64,000 nt of DNA from Actinomycetes bacterium. GTDB taxonomy: Bacteria; Actinomycetota; Acidimicrobiia; Acidimicrobiales; JAJZXF01. The translations under genes and the position numbers were made by a program. Shown piece after piece: positions 25,555 to 32,376 of the stretch; positions within the stretch are counted from its first letter, which is position 1, and each line of letters begins with the position of its first letter. The DNA lies in contig JAJYWA010000002.1 of assembly GCA_021791755.1 (NCBI GenBank), positions 4,007 to 68,006 on the forward strand, read 5' to 3'. Below the pieces are notes generated by a model, which saw nothing but the letters and a program-made list of their open reading frames with translations, was not told the origin of the DNA and searched no databases.

Positions 25555-28068
25555 GTGCTCGACTACCACCTGCACCTGTGGCCCCACGGTTCGCGGGCCA
25601 CTACCATCACCGATGACGACCTGACGGCGTGGTGCGAGGCAGCCGCATCCAGAGGAGTTACAGAGATCGCCATCACCGAGCACCTGTTTCGCTTCGTCCA
25701 AGCAAGGCAGCTGTTGGACGGCTTCTGGAACGATGAAGATTCTCCGGAGCTTCGAGCCAACATGGCCGCTTACTTCGCCGAGCACGCCACTGCAGACCTC
25801 GACACCTACGTGACGACGCTGCAGCGGGCCAGGGATGCAGGGCTCCCGATACGGGTGGGCCTAGAGGTGGACTACTACCGCGGCCGGATGAACGAGGTCG
25901 CCCACCTCTTGGAAGGCTACCCGTTCGACGTCATTCTGGGCTCGATCCACTGGCTGGGGGCGTGGCGCTTCGACGACGTAGATGACCCGGCTTCGATCGC
26001 GGAGTGGAGCGAGCGAGACGTAGACCGCGTCTGGGCCGAGTACGCGTCAGCGGTCGTCGAGCTCGCGGAGTCACGAACCTGTGACGTCCTGGCCCACCCC
26101 GACTTGGTCAAGGTGATCAACAGGATCGCAACGTCTCCCGAGGAGCTGTGGGGACGTACCGCTTCTGCGCTCGCATCGGCGCAAATGGCAGCCGAGGTCT
26201 CCTCCGCGGGCTGGAGAAAACCCGTGGGCGAACAGTACGCGGCGCGCGGGTTCATTGACCTGCTCTATGGCCACGGCGTCCCGGTTACCATGGCGTCTGA
26301 TGCCCATCGTCTCGAAGACGTTGCCTACAGGTTCGATGATCTCGCACTCATCCTCGAGGACGTCGGCTACGACGCGACATGTGGGTTCGAGGCGAGGTCG
26401 CGACGGTCCGAGCCGTTGCGCGCCGCCACGGGAAGCAGGCGGGTCGAGGACGCCACGGCGACGGCGATGAGGGGACTGCCAGGTCACTCCAGGTCGGCAG
26501 GGAGAGGCGACCGGCTCCCTGGCGCTCCTTCGTTCTTCGATACGGACCAGGTCGCTCAGGTAACGACCGACGATGCCGACACCCACATCCAACGACTGAC
26601 GGCGTCCTGGGCCGTGCTGGCCGACCTGTCCTTCGCTGACCTGGTCCTTCTCATCCCGCTGGTCGGCGTGGACGATCTACGCTCGTTCACGGTCGCCGCG
26701 CAGATACGTCCGAACACCAGCCAGACGCTTTTCCAAGAGGATCTCGTCGGCAGCGTGCTGGAAGGAAAGAGCGCATCGCTTCCCGCCGCCGCCTGGCGCG
26801 ACGCCCACATAACTCGGGGCGAGGTCAGTCTGGAGGGACTCGACGAGCCAGTCAGGATGAGCTGCGTACCCGTCCGCAGCGGGAACCAGGTACTTGCCGT
26901 TCTGGGCAAGCTGACACCCCTTCATACGGCGCGCAGGCGATCGGGTGAACTGGAGCGCGTCTACGTGCAGGTGGCGGACAGGCTCTCCAACATGATCGCC
27001 GAAGGCGTCTTTCCGTACCCGGGAGAAGAGATAGGCCTCGGAGCCGAGGCGCCGCGAGTAGGAGACGGGCTCGTCCTCCTCAACCCGGCCGGCGAGGTGG
27101 AGAACGTGTCTCCCAACGTCATCAACGCGCTCCACAGAATGGGCATCTCGACCAACGCCGTCGGCAAGCGGCTCTCTGACATAGGGATGAAGGAGACCGC
27201 CGTCGAGCGGGCCCTCAGCCTACGATTCCCGGTCGTCGAGGAGGTCGAGTGCCGGCCTGACGTCACCGTCTTGATCCAGTGCACGCCGCTCCTCGCGAGT
27301 GGCGAGCTAACCGGAGGCATCGTGCTGATGCGCGACGTGACCGACCTCCGCCGCCTCGGCCGGCTCCTGCTGTCGAAGGACGCCGCGATCCGCGAGGTGC
27401 ACCACCGCGTGAAGAACAACCTCCAGACGATATCCGCCCTGCTTCGCCTGCAGGCCAGGCGGCTCGCAGGCAGGGAAGGCCGGCTGGCCTTGGAGGAGGC
27501 CGAGCGCCGGATACGATCGATCGCGATCGTCCACGAGGTTCTGTCTCGAGACCCCGGTGACCAGGTCGCATTCGACCAGATCGTGCGTTACCTCGTCCGA
27601 ATGGCAGAGGACTCCGTTATCAGCTCCGGCGGCGTCGAGGTCCTCGTCTCGGGAGATGCGGGCGAGGTTGCCGGAGACATCGCCACGCCGCTCGCGCTTG
27701 CATTGGCCGAGTTGCTGCAGAACGCGGTCGAGCATGCGTTCGAACACCCTTCGGGAACGAATGAACGCCCTTCTGGAACGAACATCTCGCGCCGCGGCGC
27801 TGCGGGCCACATCTGGGTGACATTGGCCAACGACGGGCGCACCATCAAGATCGAGATACGCGACGACGGCTGCGGCATCCCGGACGACCTTGACATCGCC
27901 ACGACTTCAAGCCTTGGCCTGTCCATCGTCCGCGACCTCATCACCAGTCAACTCAACGGCGCCATTGCGATGTACCCCGTCGTGGACCACCACGGTACGG
28001 TGATTCGAGTCGAGGTGCCGACAGGTTCGCCCCGGACAGACCTGCTCGGTTTCAGCGACTTCGCCTGA
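25555..28068 (+). CDS. pdtaS: Single 837-aa ORF: a PHP-family (HisJ-like) phosphoesterase domain followed by a complete PdtaS-type sensor histidine kinase
   Basis: The N-terminal ~280 aa carry DYHLHLWPHG...ITEH...GLEVDYY...GSIHW...AHPDL...SDAH, the PHP metal ligands. The remainder aligns by eye along its length to Mycobacterium tuberculosis PdtaS. Matching segments are WAVLADLSFADLVLL, RRRSGELERVY, PRVGDG, ISKDAAIREVHHRVKNNLQTISALLRLQARR, LLQNAVEHAF and SLGLSIVR. The start is GTG at 25555. An in-frame internal M (MRGLPGH) lies at the junction. Confidence 0.8.
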   Translation: MLDYHLHLWPHGSRATTITDDDLTAWCEAAASRGVTEIAITEHLFRFVQARQLLDGFWNDEDSPELRANMAAYFAEHATADLDTYVTTLQRARDAGLPIRVGLEVDYYRGRMNEVAHLLEGYPFDVILGSIHWLGAWRFDDVDDPASIAEWSERDVDRVWAEYASAVVELAESRTCDVLAHPDLVKVINRIATSPEELWGRTASALASAQMAAEVSSAGWRKPVGEQYAARGFIDLLYGHGVPVTMASDAHRLEDVAYRFDDLALILEDVGYDATCGFEARSRRSEPLRAATGSRRVEDATATAMRGLPGHSRSAGRGDRLPGAPSFFDTDQVAQVTTDDADTHIQRLTASWAVLADLSFADLVLLIPLVGVDDLRSFTVAAQIRPNTSQTLFQEDLVGSVLEGKSASLPAAAWRDAHITRGEVSLEGLDEPVRMSCVPVRSGNQVLAVLGKLTPLHTARRRSGELERVYVQVADRLSNMIAEGVFPYPGEEIGLGAEAPRVGDGLVLLNPAGEVENVSPNVINALHRMGISTNAVGKRLSDIGMKETAVERALSLRFPVVEEVECRPDVTVLIQCTPLLASGELTGGIVLMRDVTDLRRLGRLLLSKDAAIREVHHRVKNNLQTISALLRLQARRLAGREGRLALEEAERRIRSIAIVHEVLSRDPGDQVAFDQIVRYLVRMAEDSVISSGGVEVLVSGDAGEVAGDIATPLALALAELLQNAVEHAFEHPSGTNERPSGTNISRRGAAGHIWVTLANDGRTIKIEIRDDGCGIPDDLDIATTSSLGLSIVRDLITSQLNGAIAMYPVVDHHGTVIRVEVPTGSPRTDLLGFSDFA

Positions 28069-28096
28069 AGGTCACCCGGGCTGCTGGTCCCTGGCC

Positions 28097-28119
28097 GCCC
28101 CGGCTTCGGGGCCATTTTC
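28097..28119 (+). terminator. Probable intrinsic terminator after the kinase ORF
   Basis: The stem gccccg / cggggc has loop gctt and is followed by cattttcg. It lies between the convergent kinase and whiB genes. Confidence 0.45.
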
Positions 28120-28124
28120 GTCGG

Positions 28125-28421
28125 TCAGGACGCGCGCCGCTGCCGCTGCTCGGCAAGCCAATCCTTGCGGAGCTTGCGACGTTCCTCCTCCGAGGTCGCT
28201 CCCCAGATGCCAGACTCCTGGTTCGTCTCGAGGGCGAACTCCAAACATTGCTCCTGTGCAGCGCATGCGCTGCACACTGCTTTGGCAGCTTCGATCTGCT
28301 CGAGGGCGGGACCTGTGCTCCCTATCGGGAAGAACAAGTCTGGCTCGGTGTCGCGGCATGCCGCATCACCTCGCCAATCATCAATATCCCACTCAATCGA
28401 GCGGCTCCACGTAAGTGCCAC
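28125..28421 (-). CDS. whiB: WhiB-family Fe-S transcription factor (WhiB1-like)
   Basis: 98 aa. The four Cys lie in AACRDTEPDLFFP...AKAVCSACAAQEQCLEFAL, followed by GIWGATSEEERRKL. Adjacency to pdtaS mirrors the M. tuberculosis whiB1-pdtaS neighbourhood. Confidence 0.9.
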   Translation of the reverse strand: MALTWSRSIEWDIDDWRGDAACRDTEPDLFFPIGSTGPALEQIEAAKAVCSACAAQEQCLEFALETNQESGIWGATSEEERRKLRKDWLAEQRQRRAS

Positions 28422-28670
28422 CTCGCCTCCTTGGGCGCCTTGGCGCGTCGATTAGAACTCCATGACATGTGGCGTCGCCGACGGTGCGCGCCGGTCAGAC
28501 TCGGTTTTACTAGAGTATACGCAAATGCTCATTCCTGCAAGCGCGGCTACTCAAAGTTTCGCCCCCTCCCCCAACAAGGCGACACCTATGTTCTTAGCAC
28601 GCTCCTCTAGTGGTCTGCAGCCACCGATGGCCGCACAGTCATCGCGACTAGGGCTGCACGCGCAACTGGG

Positions 28671-29459
28671 ATGAGGGTCTTAGCGCACAGGGGCTTCTGG
28701 CGGAACCGCCCTGGCAACCCTGGCAACCCTTGCAGCCCTGGCCCACGGGGAGATACCCAGGATGGCATGCGGGACCGCCCGGGCGGCGATGGCATGCGGG
28801 AGAACACGCTGGAAGCGTACCTGGCAGCCAGAATGGCGGGCGCCGACGGTGTGGAGCTGGACGTGCGCCGGACCTATGACGGTGCGCTGGCTGTGTTTCA
28901 CGATGCCGTACTAGCCGGAGTTGGGCCTGTCTGCGATCTTTGCGTCTCAGACCTGCCACGCTGGATGCCGTTGCTGGACGATGCGCTGAGCGCATGCTCT
29001 GGCGTCATGGTGAACATAGAGATCAAGGTTCCTCGTTACTCGCAACGCCAGGCTTCGGGCGAGATGGCATGGACCCAGGGGCCGGCTGTGGCTTCCGAGG
29101 TGGTGGCTGCTGTCGGGGCACACGCGGGATCGCAGCTCGTTCTCGTCTCGTCCTTCGATCTCGAGACGATCGACGCGGTCAAGTCGTTGGCGCCGGAGAT
29201 CACTACCGGCTACCTCGTCAGCAGGCCAACGCAAGCGCGGGCCGGGCTCGGGCTCGCAGTGGAGCATGGTCACGACGCCTTCCACCCCAGACAAAGTCTG
29301 GTGACGCGCGACCTTGTCGAACAGGCTCACAGCCTAGGGCTGGACGTCGTGACATGGACTGTGAACAGCAGGCGAAGGCTGGAACGCATACGCGACATGG
29401 ACGTTGACTGCGTCATCACCGACGTTCCCGACGTAGCGGTCGAGGTCGCGAAAGGCTAG
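28671..29459 (+). CDS. Glycerophosphodiester phosphodiesterase (GDPD) with a ~30-aa low-complexity insertion after the AHRG motif
   Basis: The family motifs are VLAHRG ... ENTLEAYLAARMAGADGVELDVRRTYDGALAVFHD ... VNIEIK. The insertion FWRNRPGNPGNPCSPGPRGDTQDGMRDRPGGDGMR is encoded by short direct repeats (cctggcaac x2 and gatggcatgcggga x2). Confidence 0.8.
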   Translation: MRVLAHRGFWRNRPGNPGNPCSPGPRGDTQDGMRDRPGGDGMRENTLEAYLAARMAGADGVELDVRRTYDGALAVFHDAVLAGVGPVCDLCVSDLPRWMPLLDDALSACSGVMVNIEIKVPRYSQRQASGEMAWTQGPAVASEVVAAVGAHAGSQLVLVSSFDLETIDAVKSLAPEITTGYLVSRPTQARAGLGLAVEHGHDAFHPRQSLVTRDLVEQAHSLGLDVVTWTVNSRRRLERIRDMDVDCVITDVPDVAVEVAKG

Positions 29460-29659
29460 GACCGGCTTCCACGCTGAGGTCGCAAGCGGAGATCAAGGGG
29501 AACAGGGATCGAATGCCGAGCGCTCCCAGTCTTCGGGTCTTCCAAGAGCGTAGGGCGACCGGCCCCGGTCGTCATCGCCAAGCTCGCAAACATGGCGCGA
29601 AGCTCCTCAGCTCGCATGCCATCTGGCGGGCTAACCCAGCTCAAGGTGAACAGCGACAT
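29456..29659 (-). CDS. Hypothetical 67-aa protein, downstream member of a coupled pair
   Basis: The product is MSLFTLSWVSPPDGMRAEELRAMFASLAMTTGAGRPTLLEDPKTGSARHSIPVPLDLRLRPQRGSRS. Its ATG overlaps the stop of the upstream ORF in a TGATG junction at 29657-29661. I recognised no family. Confidence 0.35.
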   Translation of the reverse strand: MSLFTLSWVSPPDGMRAEELRAMFASLAMTTGAGRPTLLEDPKTGSARHSIPVPLDLRLRPQRGSRS

Positions 29660-30048
29660 CAAAGCCACGTGAGCAGCTCCGCTTCGCGGGCAGTTGGCGG
29701 GTAGCCCTGGTATTCGCCTAGCTCTGAGTTGCTCAACCGTGCCTCGTGCACGACGGACTCGCAACGACACCAAACGTGCTCCGGAAACGCGCCGGTCCGA
29801 GGGCCACCGACTGCTCCGTCTAATATCGCCGTCTGCAGCCACTCGGTGATCTCATCGAAGTCACCGTGGCGTCTCGGATCACACAGTGTCGCGTCGAGCC
29901 GGGCAGCGGGCCTGCCTGCCGACGACGGGTACCGCTTGCGCTCTGGGCTCCCCGTGTACCGAACACGCGGTGCAAGCAACTTCAGGTCGTCGGCATTCCA
30001 GTCGACCCGTTCTCTCCTAAGGGGACGCCGACGTTTGACTGCACGCAT
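29659..30048 (-). CDS. Hypothetical 129-aa basic protein, upstream member of the coupled pair
   Basis: The product is MRAVKRRRPLRRERVDWNADDLKLLAPRVRYTGSPERKRYPSSAGRPAARLDATLCDPRRHGDFDEITEWLQTAILDGAVGGPRTGAFPEHVWCRCESVVHEARLSNSELGEYQGYPPTAREAELLTWL. I chose the ATG at 30048 because the maximal ORF (to 30264) would overlap the neighbouring gene. I could not name a family. Confidence 0.4.
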   Translation of the reverse strand: MRAVKRRRPLRRERVDWNADDLKLLAPRVRYTGSPERKRYPSSAGRPAARLDATLCDPRRHGDFDEITEWLQTAILDGAVGGPRTGAFPEHVWCRCESVVHEARLSNSELGEYQGYPPTAREAELLTWL

Positions 30049-30100
30049 GCACTTCACCAAAGTCGCTGCTTGCAAGCTTTTCGTGAGACGCTGGGAGGGA

Positions 30101-30901
30101 TCAGCCGCTTGAGGTCTGTGCGGCGAAAAAGCCTCCCCACTCACCAAGCACATCCGCGTACGGTACACCGGGCAGCACCACAAAGCACGACTCACGGAGT
30201 CCCTGCTGTGTGATCCAGCTATAGCTGCCCGGCGGGATTTGCGGGGCGAACATCGACCGATCACTTGGCTGGGTCACTGTGGCGCCAGGCGAGACGGCAC
30301 TGATCTTCGCAGACCACCGGACGGTCGAGCACTGTATTGCAGAGCCCATGCTGCCAGCGAAGCCGTAGCTGCCATCTGTTGCGGCGCCCGAGGTGTACTG
30401 GATGGTCTGCACATCACCATAATCTCGCAGCGCGCTGTTGAACTGCGCATTTCCCGTGCCATGCGTCGCTAGGTAGCCGCCGGTGTGAAATGGTGTGGAC
30501 GCCGGCGGGCCTCCCGTCTCGATCCAGGACTGCCAGTATGCCGCCATGTCAGCCGGGAGCTGCTGCGGGCTCGCCACGAACCCAGTCTCCGGCTCTCGCG
30601 TGGAGAAGCTTGCTGATGTCGTCGGCGGGAGGATCGGCGACCCGTTCCATGAGTACTGCGTGGAGAAAACAATCATCCACGGCGCCGACGCGCTGGTTCG
30701 CTGGAAAACCAGATCCACTAGCGCCACTAGGATCACGACCACCCTGCTCTTCGGAGGTTGCGGCCCCCCGGGCCCGACCGGTCGTCCACCACCGGGCGGC
30801 CCGTACCCCCACGTCGGAGACGGCGATCCCCAGCCGGCCTGGCCACCAGGTAGCCCCTGCCACGGCTCGCGCGGCATGTTGGGGCCACTGCCGACGCTCA
30901 A
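30101..30901 (-). CDS. Hypothetical protein with a Pro/Gly-rich N-terminus and one weak hydrophobic segment
   Basis: 266 aa. It reads MSVGSGPNMPREPWQGLPGGQAGWGSPSPTWGYGPPGGGRPVGPGGPQPPKSRVVVILVALVDLVF..., followed by a Ser/Thr/Gly-rich globular part. I recognised no family. Confidence 0.5.
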   Translation of the reverse strand: MSVGSGPNMPREPWQGLPGGQAGWGSPSPTWGYGPPGGGRPVGPGGPQPPKSRVVVILVALVDLVFQRTSASAPWMIVFSTQYSWNGSPILPPTTSASFSTREPETGFVASPQQLPADMAAYWQSWIETGGPPASTPFHTGGYLATHGTGNAQFNSALRDYGDVQTIQYTSGAATDGSYGFAGSMGSAIQCSTVRWSAKISAVSPGATVTQPSDRSMFAPQIPPGSYSWITQQGLRESCFVVLPGVPYADVLGEWGGFFAAQTSSG

Positions 30902-31024
30902 CGGATCGCTCCGCCCGCTAAGGTCTCACCGTTCACCGCTACCTCCTCCACACCCTCCACACCCTTCGCGCCGTTCCCTTCCAAAGACCGTGGCCGCCAT
31001 ATGACCCAGAGCCTTAGTGGCAAC

Positions 31025-31058
31025 GCCATGCCGCAGTGGCCGCCATGCCGCAGTGGCC
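31025..31058. repeat. Perfect 17-bp tandem duplication (gccatgccgcagtggcc x2)
   Basis: The units span 31025-31041 and 31042-31058, in the intergenic region upstream of the 30901 gene. Confidence 0.9.
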
Positions 31059-31090
31059 ACTACTTCAGCCCAGCCTACGAGCGTACCACT

Positions 31091-31200
31091 TTCACGCTGC
31101 TTCACGCTGCTTCACGCTGCTCCATGCTGCTCCACGCTGCTTCACGCTGCTTCACGCTGCTCCATGCTGCTCCACGCTGCTCCACGCTGTGCTCCGACGA
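31091..31200. repeat. Eleven tandem copies of a 10-bp unit (ttcacgctgc / tccacgctgc / tccatgctgc)
   Basis: I read the units in register from 31091 to 31200. The array lies 27 nt downstream of the ackA stop and about 190 nt upstream of the 30901 start. Confidence 0.9.
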
Positions 31201-31226
31201 GATGGCCTCGCTACGCTTCGGGCCCG

Positions 31227-32372
31227 CTATGCTTCGGGCCTATCCGTCCGACCTCGGCCTGCGCAGAGCGCGGAGGCGACCTCGGAAGCGATCTGCAGAT
31301 CTTCACGGGCCCGGACGACGAACGTCCGCACCGTCGCCGCTCTCGAGCTGATCTCTCCGTCGGGCGCCACACGAGCGTTCCGGTCGTCGTCCAGGCCGAC
31401 GCCGAGGAAGGAAAGACCGGCCGCCGTTCTCTGGCGGATCGAGCTTGACCCCTCGCCCACTCCCCCGGTGAACACGAGCACGTCGATGCCGTTGAGCGCC
31501 GCAGTCATGGCGGCGATCTGACCGCGTAGCCTGTGCAGGTAGACCCCTACCGCCAGCGCCGCAGCCTCGTCGCCGTGTATCTCGGCGTCGAGGACCGCAC
31601 GCATGTCGGCGCTCCCCGCCAGCCCCATCAGCCCGGACCTACGCTCCAGGGCCTGAGCAAGCTCGCCTGCCAACATACCAGCGTGCTCCTCGAGCCAGAG
31701 CACGAGCCCCGGGTCCACACTGCCCGAGCGCGTCGCCATCACCAGCCCGTCAAGGGGCGTGAAGCCCATCGTGGTGTCGACCGACACCCCGCGGTCCACC
31801 GCGGCGAGCGAGGCCCCTGCTCCCAAATGGCATGTGACTACCCGGAGCACGTCGGGCGGGCTACCGGCGAGCTCGCAGGCTCTTTTCGTTGCCCACGCAT
31901 GGGAGAGGCCGTGAAACCCGAAACGACGCAAGGGCCAGCGTGCACGCCACTCGGCAGGCAGGGCATAGGTTGCCGCATGCGCAGGGAGCCTCGAGTGAAA
32001 CGCAGTGTCGAAGCAGGCGACCGCAGGAACACCGGGGAGCAGGCGGCGCGCGGAATCGACGGCGGAAAGCGCCGGCGGCAGGTGGACCGGGGCGAGATCA
32101 ACGAGAGCTCCGAGGCTCTCGCGCACCTGGTCGTCCAGCACCACCGGCTCGCGGAACGCGGGGCCGCCATGGACGATCCGATGGCCGCAAGCATCGACCG
32201 GTCCAGCACGCTCGACGAGCCTCTCGATCGCCTTCCCACACGCCTCCAGGCTCAGCGCCCGACCTGACGCCCGCAGCTCCTCGGCGTCTACGACAGCGCC
32301 GCCATCTACAGACTGCTCGACGACGGATAGCTTGAGGCTAGAGGAGCCTACATTGACCGTGAGAACCCGCAT
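31227..32372 (-). CDS. ackA: Acetate kinase
   Basis: 381 aa. Motifs seen are MRVLTVNVGSSSLKLSVV, GHRIVHGG, FDTAFH, RRFGFHGLSH and VVTCHLGAGAS. Confidence 0.9.
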   Translation of the reverse strand: MRVLTVNVGSSSLKLSVVEQSVDGGAVVDAEELRASGRALSLEACGKAIERLVERAGPVDACGHRIVHGGPAFREPVVLDDQVRESLGALVDLAPVHLPPALSAVDSARRLLPGVPAVACFDTAFHSRLPAHAATYALPAEWRARWPLRRFGFHGLSHAWATKRACELAGSPPDVLRVVTCHLGAGASLAAVDRGVSVDTTMGFTPLDGLVMATRSGSVDPGLVLWLEEHAGMLAGELAQALERRSGLMGLAGSADMRAVLDAEIHGDEAAALAVGVYLHRLRGQIAAMTAALNGIDVLVFTGGVGEGSSSIRQRTAAGLSFLGVGLDDDRNARVAPDGEISSRAATVRTFVVRAREDLQIASEVASALCAGRGRTDRPEA

Positions 32373-32376
32373 CTGG

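Noticed and set aside
31091-31200. Possible CRISPR array
   Set aside because: The units are only 10 bp and are contiguous with no spacers. No cas genes or leader are present, so this is a simple tandem repeat.
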